DNA of 64,000 nucleotides from contig OX597825.1 in NCBI GenBank assembly GCA_951406725.2, positions 19,592,001 to 19,656,000 on the forward strand, given 5' to 3'. Below the pieces are notes generated by a model. It was not told the origin of the DNA and ran no database searches. It worked only from the letters and a program-made list of their open reading frames with translations. Below are positions 26,335 to 41,830 of this stretch, piece by piece (position 1 is the first letter of the stretch; each line of letters starts with the position of its first letter). Position numbers and translations under genes: made by a program. Source of the stretch: Octopus vulgaris. Lineage: Eukaryota.

Positions 26335-26582
26335 ATACGCCCTTTTAAAGTCTAGCCAGGCTCATGGCCCCGGTTTCCCGGTTTCAACGGCGCATGTGTT
26401 CCCCAGCTGGCCGGGACGCCAGTCCATCGCAGCGTTACTCATTTTTACCAGCTGAGTGGGCTTGAGCAACGTGAAATGAAATGTTTTGCTCAAAAACACA
26501 ACGTGTCGCCCGGTCCAGGAATCGAAACCACAATCTTACGATCATCATGCCGACACCCTAACCACTAAGCTACGCGCCTCCA
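26335..26582 (-). mobile_element. SINE, head C-type + tail 2, full length
   Basis: Homologous to 42662-42903. Confidence 0.93.
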
Positions 26583-26583
26583 C

Positions 26584-26646
<63 letters not shown>

Positions 26647-26653
26647 TAATAAT

Positions 26654-26714
<61 letters not shown>

Positions 26715-26740
26715 GTAATAATAATAATAATAATAAAAAT
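26584..26740. repeat. (TAA)n microsatellite
   Basis: Direct reading; further runs at 25548-25632 and 27300-27450. Confidence 0.98.
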
Positions 26741-27298
26741 AAATGCCCTGATGCAGTACTAGGCAGTGGCTCTCATGGCTTCTGATCTAAACTGATTGGA
26801 AGTGTTATCATGTACATTGTTTTGTCTTGGTATAAAAGATGGGCTACAGCAAATATTCTGCTCAATACAACAGATTTGCTTGTCAGTTGTTTGACCTTAA
26901 CCAGTTGAGCATGTCCCTCAGTGGCTGACGATATGTGCATCTCTGATCACGAGCAGAAGTAGTGGGGGAGCATCATAGCCATGTGTTGAGAGGGATTCTT
27001 TGGGGTTTGAATGATCCACCTCTGGAAACATGGGTGGTTCTTTCAACATCCTTAAACAACCCTTATTCGGGGACCTTTTGAGCGGGATGGGCTACTCAAC
27101 CTGAAGACAATTCTAACTGGGCCCCACCTGCAAGGTCATGTGCTGTTTATCTTGATATGAGATCACCATGTCGCGCACATATGGTTGTGATGCATGTGCC
27201 TGGTGTACCTTTATCAGACGGGTAGTCATGATGGGTATATTGGGCTTCGTATATTTTACCCCAGTGTCACTTTGATGGCATGCACTGCTCTCTCACTC
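26741..27298. mobile_element. About 560-bp non-coding element inserted precisely in (TAA)n
   Basis: Sharp borders with (TAA)n on both sides, higher GC than the background, no long ORF, no TIR and no tRNA head. Confidence 0.65.
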
Positions 27299-27329
27299 AA
27301 TAATAATAATAATAATATTAATATTAATA

Positions 27330-27368
<39 letters not shown>

Positions 27369-27380
27369 TTAATATTAATA

Positions 27381-27447
<67 letters not shown>

Positions 27448-28034
27448 CTAAAAACTGTGTAAATAGTTATATCGATTTATGTAAAGAAGTAAACTCGAAA
27501 GATTATTTTATATTTAAAATGAAATTGTTTACATTATTGAATCAGTTTGTTATTCATGAATGTCAATCAAGTATTTCTGTTTATTGAATTTAGAACACTA
27601 AATATGTTTTTTGTTCCATATTTATAAACACGTTTATAAATAACTAGATTCAAATAGGCACACATGCGCAAAAGGTGAATGAAAATAGTCATCTGGGATC
27701 AAATGAACTGTCCTCTTCTCAACGTGTGACGTATAATTAATATAGTTAGGAGTCGGCATTAACTATCTGTTATCAGGGTAATCCAGGATTAGTCTGTTGG
27801 CTTGATTTGACCCTAAGTGACAGCTTTACTCAAGAGACAGTCTTAAAAACGTGCATCTATTTATTTCATTTACATTTCCTTGTTCCGTTTTGATGTAAAC
27901 ATTATTTTAAACTGTCCATGCAATGTCAGCTAATCCGTCGTCTGATAACACATATATGAATATATAACAACAACAACGATAACAACAACAACGACTCCAA
28001 CAACAATGATAACAATAATGATGATGATGATGAT

Positions 28035-28447
28035 ACTTGTTCACTAATAGATGTAAGTGTTTTCACCGATAAAAATATATCTGTCAAGGAATTTGACAAA
28101 CTAAGTAAATATAAGGACCTGGAAATTGAAATACAAAAGATGTGGCATCTTAAAACGAGAACTGTACCTGTTATTGTACCTACCCTAGGTATGATGAAAA
28201 AAGGGGTGTCAGAAACGTCCAGATAAAATCCCAGGAGAGCCATGTCTCAGATAAATCCAAAAGATGTACTGACAAGCAATACCCACATCCTTAGATAAAC
28301 CCTATCCATTTAAATATCTGTGTTGTATTACATGAAGATATTTCATTACCTTCCCTCCTCAAGCTTCAATCATATGGTAACATCTCTTATCTTTCACTCG
28401 CCCCAGGATGCTAGCAAGTGATTGTAACAAAGATGCGGATTAAAAGT
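28035..28447 (+). mobile_element. R4/Dong-like 3' fragment (RLE endonuclease C-terminus plus 3' UTR)
   Basis: TCSLIDVSVFTDKNISVKEFDKLSKYKDLEIEIQKMWHLKTRTVPVIVPTLG (D..K..KY motif of RLE), then ..THILR*TLSI*; ends in (TAA)n. Confidence 0.88.
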
Positions 28448-28460
28448 AATAATAATAATA

Positions 28461-28752
28461 CTCTTAAGTACGAAATAGCCCGGTTATGGAAAAGGAAAAA
28501 GGTGAGAATACTGCCAATTATCGTTAGTTCCGTGGGGAAAGTATCAGAATGCATCAAGATGAATATAAAGGAAATAGGAATGGAGTACCCAGGTACAAAA
28601 GGGCTGCTTCCCTCTCACGGCTAGAATAATCAGTAAAGTATTAGATCTTTGAAAACGAACAGATTGCCTGGTACAGTAAGCTGCAGGCAGCAAGCCCGCT
28701 ACGCATGAAAGACCCCAGGAGTTACAATACAACCAAGGATGAGAAGAAGAAG
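28461..28752 (+). mobile_element. Second R4/Dong-like 3' fragment, different family
   Basis: LKYEIARLWKRKKVRILPIIVSSVGKVS..TARIISKVLD, starting right after (TAA)n. Confidence 0.8.
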
Positions 28753-28759
28753 AATCCTT

Positions 28760-28945
28760 TTTCATAAGGCCTGAAATTTTAGGGTGAGATTAATCGATAA
28801 CATCGATCCTAATGCTCAGCTCGTTCTTATTTTATCGACCACGAATGAATGAAAAGTAATGCTGGCCCCGATGAGATTTAAGTCAGAATGGAAGTTAAGT
28901 CGAAATGCTTTAAATATTTTATCCAGTGTGCTACTGATTCTGCTA
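28760..28945 (-). mobile_element. SINE family D-related, old
   Basis: TTATTTTATCGACCACGAATGAATGAAAAG is the reverse complement of the central domain. Confidence 0.65.
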
Positions 28946-29479
28946 TGTTTTTAATTTGCTTGTGTTGTTGCTTCCGTTGTTACTAGCCCCACTTATTCAC
29001 ATATGTAGGAAGACAAGGCATTGTCGTCTTAAGACAAGAACTCACAGCGCATATAACCACAGGCGCTTTAAATATATATAGGAAACCAATGATATGAATT
29101 TTGTGATTGCGTTTATATAAGCCACTGAGAAATACTTTCCTCGATGATCTATAATGTTATTAAACGGCCCTGAGTGTAGCATTGTGTTTTACTAGAATGT
29201 GTGCTTATACAATGCACCCGTTTTCTTCTAACTTTGCTGCCGTTGTCGTTCGGATGTTGCTGTAGTTAATTTAATTATCATCTGTTTGGTTGCATGAATA
29301 CATTAATGCTTTATGGTGATTCAGTGTCATAACTCTTATGATCAACAGCATTAGGTTTGGTTACAGAGTACATATTACATGCAGATGGCGTGATTTGGCG
29401 ATGATAGAATGAAAAGGGTGTTAGCGCTGTTAGTGCTGTGCAAGTTACCATTATATGATAAATAGGTACATTATCAGTA

Positions 29480-29558
29480 CATTATCATCATTATTATTAT
29501 TATTATTAATATTATTATCATCATCATCTTTATTATTATTATTATCATCATCATCATC

Positions 29559-29590
<32 letters not shown>

Positions 29591-29606
29591 CATCATCATC
29601 ATCATC

Positions 29607-29674
<68 letters not shown>

Positions 29675-29804
29675 CATCATCATCATCTTTATTATTATTA
29701 TTATCATCATCATCTTTATAATTATTATTAATATTATTATTATTATTATCATCATCATCTTTATAATTATTATTAATATTATTATTATTATCATCATCAT
29801 CATC

Positions 29805-29851
<47 letters not shown>

Positions 29852-29975
29852 CATCATCATCATTATCATCATCATCTTTATTATTATTATCATCATCATT
29901 ATCATCATCATCTTTATTATTATTATCATCATCATCATCATCTTTATTATTATTATCATCATCATCATCATCATC

Positions 29976-30020
<45 letters not shown>
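29480..30020. repeat. (TTA)n/(TCA)n compound microsatellite with a higher-order unit
   Basis: Recurring (TTA)x(TCA)yTCT. Confidence 0.97.
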
Positions 30021-30743
30021 ATACATGCTATAACTACCGTATGTTGCTGAGGAAATAAATAATTAAAGTAAGCATAATACTATACTATTCTCATAAACTC
30101 TATCATTATTCATTACCATTATACTGGGTATGTGTTAAAGTTTAAATTATTATATTGTTATGTATGTTATTACTTCTATATTATTGCAATTAAATTTAGT
30201 ATATTAGCATTATTAATATCATTCTCTAACAATACACAATTATTATCATTATATTAATAAATTAATCCAGTAGAATTATTACCATTATTCTCATAAAATA
30301 CACAGTTCTTATCACTATAATAAATGCTGTATTATGGTGTTATAATGAAAGAGCTGCCTTAGGATATTTTTCAGCGAATCTTTAAAGATTTCATTTGATA
30401 TTTTTGTCTGATAGTTAAATTGAATTTCAGCGCAGATGTGACTGTCTTGCTGCGAGAATAAGCAAAATAACATTATCCTATTATCATATTAATAATAACA
30501 TTGTGAAAAAAAAAAATACGAAAAAGAGTTGTGAATTGAAATAAAATTGTATCTTGTATTACTAATTTCAGATTAATTTCAAGAATTATTTGAGAGAGGA
30601 TAAAAGACTATGCAAAGATGTGTATGCTTTCCTGTGTACGTGTATACATACAGATATACACATATACATATACACACACACACACACACAAACATATATA
30701 TATATATATGTATATATATTGTAAATATATATGTATATGTATG

Positions 30744-30913
<170 letters not shown>

Positions 30914-31102
30914 TATTTATACATATGTTTATAAATATAAACATAGACACACAACACACAGACACACACGCATATATATGCAATGATATGAGAGGTATTG
31001 TTATCCACGAGATGGCAGGTAAGACGATGTATGTGCTACGGATTGACTCGATAATAATACGAGTGAAGAGTCTAATGAGGGTTTTGTTTGAGCATGTATA
31101 TC

Positions 31103-31440
31103 TCAAATAAAATGAGACAACAAAGTGAAGACTGTGTGGAATTTTTAGAACATTTATAAAGAGAGAGAGTTAGTCTCACAGCTGTTTCTGGATTATTAGT
31201 GATAACCCTTCATCAGAGGCGATATGACAGTGTTAAACAGAGAGAAATAGTAGAGTTTAATATAAGGGTCCAAAATAACTCCTTATATTAATCTCTACTA
31301 TTTCTCTCTATTTAACTCTCTCATATCGTTTCTAGCGAAGGGACATCACCAATATCCCAAAAGCAGCTGTAAGGCTAACTCTCTTTATAACTGTCCTAAA
31401 CGTTTCACACAACTTTGGCTTTGTTGTCTCATTTTATTGA
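31103..31440. mobile_element. 340-bp fold-back element made of two inverted Penelope-like terminal repeats, each with a hammerhead motif
   Basis: AATAAAATGAGACAACAAAG/CTTTGTTGTCTCATTTTATT at the ends; AGAGAAATAGTAGAG/CTCTACTATTTCTCT and TAATATAAGG/CCTTATATTA near the 13-nt loop. Confidence 0.85.
31172..31221 (-). ncRNA. Minimal hammerhead motif (left arm; GUG triplet, probably inactive)
   Basis: GCCU CUGAUGA AGGGUUAU-cacua-AUAAUCC A GAAAC AGCU GUG AGAC. Confidence 0.65.
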
Positions 31441-31441
31441 A

Positions 31442-31500
<59 letters not shown>

Positions 31501-31544
31501 AGATTATTCTACTTCGTCTACCTTGCAGGTAACTCTTTTGCTTT

Positions 31545-32275
31545 TTTCCAGCTTCTTCACTTTGCGTGGAATGCCAGTCACCTTTCATATATATGTTTTC
31601 TCAAGTACTTTTTTGTCTCCGACCTGTACTTCCCGGTTCTAAAGGTCGATCAAATTGCAACAGTATGTCTTTCATACAGTTCTTGAAATGAGAGCCACAA
31701 AATATTTGCTGATGCCATTTTATTTTCCGCCAGTTCTCCGTTAAGGGACTGCTTAGGGATATGAATATAGGCCGGTCATATTGGATCTCCTGCTCAGCTA
31801 AAGTGGTGCTCGTGTTATGAGCTTCTATGCTGAGTGTATCAGCTAGTTTCAGTACGTATGTGTCTAGAACATATAATATTCAGCGAAGGCTTAAAATCGA
31901 TCTCAGGTGATGCAAATGGAAGCGCTCCAGAATGATTCAATATTTTCTGTAAACCAGACAGGTATCGCATGAAGCTTGGCTGGTTTACAGGTAACACTTA
32001 AATCTACTCATAAGAGCACGGGCATTATGGACCCCCTTCTTCGTTTTCTTTTTTCAGGTCTTTCTGAGACAACACACGGCCTAGAAGCCCAAACAAAGCA
32101 TCAGTCGCTACCTTAAGTCAGAGAGATATTTCATCATCAAGGGAGTTGTGAAGGTTTATCGCAACTTCGAGGTAGATGAAGTTGTTAACAACATTCAGTT
32201 TCTTATCGTTTTTGTAGATGACTGTTTTCACATAGGTTGTGTCTGGTGCTGGCATGTCAAATGTTTTATCCAGAC
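31545..32275 (-). pseudogene. Decayed RTE (BovB-like) LINE fragment
   Basis: PAPDTTYVKTVIYKNDKKLNVVNNFIYL..SLDDEISL, then LERFHLHHLRSIL and later C-terminal motifs. Confidence 0.8.
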
Positions 32276-32298
32276 TGATCGTCAGACCGCATATATGT

Positions 32299-32452
32299 GG
32301 AGGCATGGCTATGGGGTAAGAAGCTGGCGTCTGAACCGCATGATTCTAGATTTAGTCCCACTGCCTGGCACCTTGAGGAAAAGACTTCAACTGCAGTGTG
32401 AAGCCGACTAAAGCGTTGTGAATGGATTTTGTAGGCGAAAACTGAAAGAAGC

Positions 32453-32495
<43 letters not shown>

Positions 32496-32709
32496 GTATG
32501 TTTGTGTGTCTTGGTGTCTCTGTTTCTCCGAAACACCGTTTGACAGTCGGTGTTGGTGAGTCTAATTTCCTTAAACTTAGCGGTTCGGCAAGAGTGTATA
32601 ATAGAATAAATGCCGGGCTTAAGATACAAATCTTGTTGGGGTCGGTGTGTTCGACTAAACCATTCAAGGTGCTGCTCCAGAATAATCACAGTCATGCGAC
32701 TGAAAAAAG

Positions 32710-32712
<3 letters not shown>
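32299..32712 (+). mobile_element. SINE family A, full length, diverged
   Basis: Head, internal microsatellite and tail are all recognisable. Confidence 0.85.
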
Positions 32713-32755
<43 letters not shown>

Positions 32756-32758
32756 AAT

Positions 32759-32866
32759 AATAAACACCAAGCACAAATCTATAAAACAATTCAAAATTAA
32801 ATTGTTAAAACACATTTCTGAATTTGATAGGAAAGAAAGAAATATCCCAGACATATTCCACATAAA
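32759..32866 (+). repeat. Left copy of a 108-bp inverted repeat
   Basis: Reverse complement of 36536-36643 with 3 mismatches counted by eye. Confidence 0.92.
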
Positions 32867-33094
32867 GACATATGTATATATATATAAAGATATATGTAAA
32901 AATATATAATGTGTGTGTGTGTGTGTGTATGCATGTGTGTGTGTAAGTGTGAGGAAATCATGCTGTGTGTGAATATGATTCGTATTACTTCAAGTAAATC
33001 TTATTTCTTAAAGGGAGACTCTCTTCTTTCTTTTCATTCTACTGACATGAGTTTAAAAGTTCTATTTCATAGTAATATATATATATATATATAA

Positions 33095-33212
<118 letters not shown>

Positions 33213-33225
33213 GTATATATATATG

Positions 33226-33291
<66 letters not shown>

Positions 33292-33306
33292 CGCAATGGA
33301 GGCGCG

Positions 33307-35523
<2,217 letters not shown>

Positions 35524-35527
35524 ATAT

Positions 35528-35575
<48 letters not shown>

Positions 35576-35630
35576 GTATATATATATATGTATATGTATA
35601 TATATATATATGTTTATATATATATATATG

Positions 35631-35662
<32 letters not shown>

Positions 35663-35766
35663 TTTTTATATATATATATTTTTACATATATATATATGTT
35701 TATATATATATATATATATGTTTATATATATATATATATATGTTTATATATATATGTATATATGTT

Positions 35767-35851
<85 letters not shown>

Positions 35852-36007
35852 GTGTATATATGTATATATATATGTGTATATATGTATATATACATGTGTA
35901 TATATATGTGTGTATATATATATGTATATATGTATATATATATATGTATATATATATATATGTATATATATATATGTATATATATATATATGTATATATA
36001 TATGTAT

Positions 36008-36095
<88 letters not shown>
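35524..36095. repeat. (TA)n-based microsatellite with a poly(T) run at about 36008-36053
   Basis: Direct reading. Confidence 0.97.
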
Positions 36096-36096
<1 letters not shown>

Positions 36097-36535
36097 ATCG
36101 CTCAACGTTTCTTTCTAACAGCTTGCCAAATGCAACGTTGGAGTAACTGAGCTATTCGCATGTCGTATCTCATCGTATACATATCACATGTGCCTGTCTC
36201 ATATCTGTTGTGTGCTGTGTACATATGTACGTACATATATTCATACATACATACATACATACACACACACATATATATACACATATGAGTATATATATAT
36301 GTAAATATATTGAGAGGATGTGTGAGAAACAGAGATAGAAAAACTGAATGGGTTGTTATAAAAATGAGTTTAAACATACCGTGTGTAGGTGTTCATATCT
36401 ATATGTGTTCAGCTGTATGCATTCCAGAGAATATTAGTTTTCTAAATATTATATACGTTAACATTAAGCGTTAATAGATATTATAACAATGGACAAACTA
36501 TTTTATGCTCATGTCATGTGCTGTCTATATATTAT

Positions 36536-36643
36536 TTTATGTGGAATATGTCTGGGATATTTCTTTCTTTCCTATCAAATTCAGAAATTTGTTTTAACAA
36601 TTTAATTTTGAATTGTTTTATACATTTGTGTTTGGTGTTTATT
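36536..36643 (-). repeat. Right copy of the 108-bp inverted repeat
   Basis: See 32759-32866. Confidence 0.92.
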
Positions 36644-37089
36644 TTTTATATGTTTGTTTTTTCTGTCTCGTTACAGTTTAAATTGAAAAAAACTATTATG
36701 GAGATAACTGATTCAAAACAGACAGTCTTTGCGTCAGCATGTGCATCCGTTTGAATAAAGGTATGTATGTGCTTCCGCATAGAGTCTTTTTCGTATACTC
36801 CAGATTGTAAGTTTAGACACCTGCACACAGAAACAAAGTCAAAAACACATAGAATCATACGTATACACAATGACCATGTATATATATATGCATACATACA
36901 TACAGACAGACATGCATACATACGACACACATAGGCACGCACACACATATACATGCGCATATGAATTAATGTTTTCATTCATCTGTAATTTCAAATATTT
37001 ATAAATTATATATTCACATGGTGATATGCATATATGTACACACACCACGCTTAAGTACGTTGATATCATGCATGTATATGTATGGTATG

Positions 37090-37105
37090 TACATATATAT
37101 ATATT

Positions 37106-37153
<48 letters not shown>

Positions 37154-37730
37154 CATATATATACATATATATACATACACATATATATACATACACATAT
37201 ATATACATATATATATATGCATATATATATATACATATATATATATACATACACATATATATATATACATACACATATATATACATACACATATATATAC
37301 ATATATATATACATATATATATATATACATATATATATACATACACATATATATACATATATATATATACATACACGTATATATACATATATATATACAT
37401 ACACATATATATACATATATATATATACATACACGTATATATACATATATATATACATACACATATATATACATATATATATATATACATACACATATAT
37501 ATACATATATATATATACATACACATATATATATATATATATATATACATACACATATATATATACATATATATATATACATACACATATATATACACAT
37601 ATATATATATACATACACATATATATACATATATATATACATACACATATATATACATATATATATATATATACACATATATATACATATATATATATAC
37701 ATATATATATACATATATATACATATCTAC

Positions 37731-37805
<75 letters not shown>

Positions 37806-37834
37806 TATACATATATATATATACATATCTACAC

Positions 37835-37891
<57 letters not shown>

Positions 37892-37910
37892 TATATACAT
37901 ATATATATAC

Positions 37911-38004
<94 letters not shown>

Positions 38005-38430
38005 TATATATGTATGTACGTATGTAGTATGGATATATATTTATATATGTGAATATGTGAATATATATTTATATATATATATATATGTATATGTATATAT
38101 ACACACACACATGTATATATATATGTGTCTGTATACATGTCTACACGTACTCAAGAAGCGCTTACGTAAATGAATATATATATGCACGCTTATATGCATA
38201 TTCATATATATTTATATTTATATATGCAGATATACACACAGACCTACATATATATAGATACATATACGCACACATATATACACGTATATATATATATATA
38301 TATAGAAATATATTTATGTATATTTACATAAATATATCCATAAGTATATACCTATATTTATATATATATATAGATAGATAGATAGATAGATATAAATATA
38401 TATTTAGACATACATACATATATACATACA
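37090..38430. repeat. TA/CA microsatellite with a ~30-bp higher-order unit
   Basis: Recurring ACATACACATATATATACATATATATAT. Confidence 0.96.
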
Positions 38431-38999
38431 CACATACGCCGACGCACTAACAATTTCTTTTATCTGCATCTTACAGACAATACCATGTAGTGAAATATCG
38501 CAGTCGTGTATTTACCTGGGTCGGAAATACTAACGCATTACTACTTGAATGATTTGAATTATAAAATTTCCATTCGAAAGATCAACTTAATAGTTTATTT
38601 GTATATTTTTATTTTAGTGCTAATAACAGTTTCATAAATAGACACATGATTTAATATTATAGTGATAGTCGATATTTTGATTGTTGTTAATAGTGTATAT
38701 TGTCGTTGTATCAATATTAGTATTGCTAATATTGTTGATGTTGTTGTTATCGCTGTTACTTCTTTTTTTTTCTTGTTTTGATGCTATTAGTATTTTCTGC
38801 TGTTTTCTTCTTTTTTTTCAAATCGATTTTATGTATTTATACATTTTATTGTATAATATATTCCGCTTATTGTGGTGGTCTATTATTTATGTATTCCAAA
38901 TATGTTTCCAGAAATATATATTTTTTTACACTATATGCTTCTATATACGTTTACGCCATATTACCGTAAATCCTGGTGCATAAATATATGTGTGTGTGT

Positions 39000-39067
<68 letters not shown>

Positions 39068-39163
39068 ATATATATACATATATATGTATGTATATGTGTA
39101 TTTATATGTGTGTACATATATATATGCATACATGTCTTTCAATATTTGTACATATATATGTAC

Positions 39164-39207
<44 letters not shown>

Positions 39208-39542
39208 CATGATCGGCTTCAGAAATAAGTTTTATGATTTCTTTTAAAGAGAGACCTCACAGATGTGTGCGCGCATGCGTGCAGGCCGGCGTGTCTGTAT
39301 GAAAGCATGTCTGTATGAAAGCTATTAAAAACTGATTTTGCACAATCGTTATTCCAAGTTTCAGGTAATCCTATGTTTAACGCTTTTTCTTTCAATCATG
39401 TATTCTAAACGTAAAAAAACTCCTTAAAATTTTAATTTGTATTTGTAATCCTTTTCGCCATCATCTCCACCTGATATACTTGAAGGTTTTTCTCGTTTCA
39501 CTGTATATTTATATAAATGTCAGTGTGTTTCTGTATATACAT

Positions 39543-40530
39543 ATATACAGGTGGGCTGAGGACAACAACATGCAGTTTAATGCAGGTAAGTTCCAGGCCC
39601 TGCGCTACAATATACAATATACAGGTGGGCTGAGGACAACAACATGCAGTTTAATGCAGGTAAGTTCCAGGCCCTGCGCTACTGGCACACAAAGGTAAAT
39701 GACGTGAAGACTGGATACACTGGCCCAGGAAGAATTGCAATCCCTGAGTCAAAATCAGTGCGTGACCTGGGCATTGACATGAGCAATGATGCATCTTTCC
39801 AAATGCATATTGCTAATCTGGTGATAAAATGCAGACGGCTAGCTGGATGGATTCTCCGAACTTTCAGAACAAGAGAGAAGGAGACACTGATGGTCCTATG
39901 GAAAACATTTGTCCTCAGCCGCTTGGACTACTGCTCCCAACTTTGGTCACCACACAATATAAAACAAACAGCAGAACTCGAAGCAACTCAGAGAAGCTAC
40001 ACAAAGAAAATCGTCTCAATGCAAAATGTCAGCTACTGGGAAAGACTGAAGGTATTAAACCTCTTCTCCCTGGAGCGGAGGCGGGAGAGATATGCAGTAA
40101 TATACATCTGGAAAATCCTGGAGGGTCTTGTCCCAAACTTTGGCATTCAAAGTTACTCCAACCGCAGAACGGGCGCCGCTGCGTGGTGCCAAGGATTCCA
40201 ACATCACCATCAAAATACAGGTCCAGATACTGCAACAGCTTGGGTTTCAGAGGACCACAGCTTTTCAACATCCTCCCTAAATGCCTGAGAGACTTACATG
40301 GTGTGGATGTGGGTTTCTTTAAAACTAAACTGGATCTCTTCTTGTTGGGAGTCCCAGATGAACCTACCTCACGACAGGAGACACGGATGCGGGCAGCAGC
40401 ATCGAACTCCCTTGTTGATCAAGTGCCACGTATCAGAGGTGGATTCACAAACTAGTGTGGCTCATTCAGCGGTGGTGCCCCAGCATGGCCCGCGGCCTTC
40501 GGGCTAAAACATTTTTAAGGATTTAAGGAT
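39543..40530 (+). mobile_element. CR1-clade LINE 3' fragment (second subfamily), frameshifted, with a 5' tandem duplication
   Basis: [38 protein letters not shown]; frameshift near 40170; tail (ATTTAAGG)n. Confidence 0.95.
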
Positions 40531-40544
40531 ACATATATATAGAT

Positions 40545-41056
40545 TCAGATGAATATGGTACTTAAGTTGAGGTACCAGAATTTAGTACGGTATTATCCAT
40601 ACAATTTTAAAATAAGGTGATTAAAATCAAAATAAGCAACAAAGATATCCAAAGGTAATGCAGTACGATCGTTTCATGCAACTCTATTTAATTGAACAAT
40701 GCAATCATTTCATTACATCAATTTAAAATGTAGAGCAATCTTCAGCTGCACAAAGACAGAATTTAATTAAATAAAACTACCCCTGTCCCATTATCAATGG
40801 TCTGCCAGTGGGCGATCCCTTAATTAACAGCTCGAACTCACAAGAGTAAACAAGAGAGACAGTGACAGGCAAAAACAAGGAAAATGCCCCTTGTATTTGA
40901 ATACTATGCAAATATTCATTTAAACGCATTTTATTTAATTTTTCCAAAATTTAATTGTTTTCCTTGCTTACAGTTGAAAAAGTCTCAATGACCGAAATCG
41001 GTACTTAAATGTTGTTTATAAGATTATTTTAACATTTTATACCTTGACTTTTTCCA
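40545..41056. mobile_element. Penelope-like non-coding element with two divergent hammerhead motifs
   Basis: Bounded by TA repeats; 40830-41056 is homologous to 43998-44224; hammerheads at 40658-40751 (-) and 40971-41006 (+). Confidence 0.7.
40658..40751 (-). ncRNA. Type I hammerhead ribozyme motif with intact core
   Basis: GUGCAG CUGAAGA [UUGCUCUA...UAGAGUUGCAU] GAAAC GAUC GUA CUGCAU: stem I UGCAG/CUGCA, palindromic GAUC loop, GUA cleavage triplet. Confidence 0.75.
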
Positions 41057-41121
41057 TATATATATATATATATCAACTCGTGTGTCCCTTTTCAACCTTC
41101 TACACACACACACACAAAAAA

Positions 41122-41186
<65 letters not shown>

Positions 41187-41647
41187 CACATACATACATA
41201 CATGCACATATATATATATACATACATACGTACATTTAGGTATATACATTGAAAGTGTTAATGTGTTGTATAATTTCACTGTTTAAATTAATATTGCACA
41301 ATCAAAATGTTTGAGTCGCATAAATTTCATGTGTTCTATGCTGAGGCATGCATATATAATCTCTGAAAGCGACTGTCTACTGCTTTCTCTACATATATAC
41401 TGCACTTCGAAGATATAATATCCATTCTTGTAAAATAGGGAAAGTGGATGTAAGCTTGAATTCACCACATACGCTATTATTTCCCTGCAGGAATATGATT
41501 TTAAACGAAATCAAAAATCTTGTTTCTAACCGAACAGATCAACTGTGGTTAGTTGCTCGTTTTCTTAACTGTTATTAATATTTCCTTGAAGAGGTAATAA
41601 TCTTTAAAAAGTGTGGAACTGTATGCTAATATTTTAATCCCCTTTAA

Positions 41648-41830
41648 TGCAGTGATCTGGCAGAATCATTAGCGCACACGGACAAAATACCTAGCGGCAT
41701 TTTTATGATCTGATTTGAAATTCCGTCGAGGTTGGGGTCGATAAAATAAGTACCAGTTGTTCACTGAGATCGATGTAATCGACTTACACCTCTCTCAAAT
41801 TTGCTGGCCTTGTCCAAATTTTGAAGCCAA
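41648..41830 (+). mobile_element. SINE family D-related, diverged
   Basis: CTGGCAGAATCATTAGC...GGGGTCGATAAAATAAGTACCAG...GATGTAATCGACT. Confidence 0.75.
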
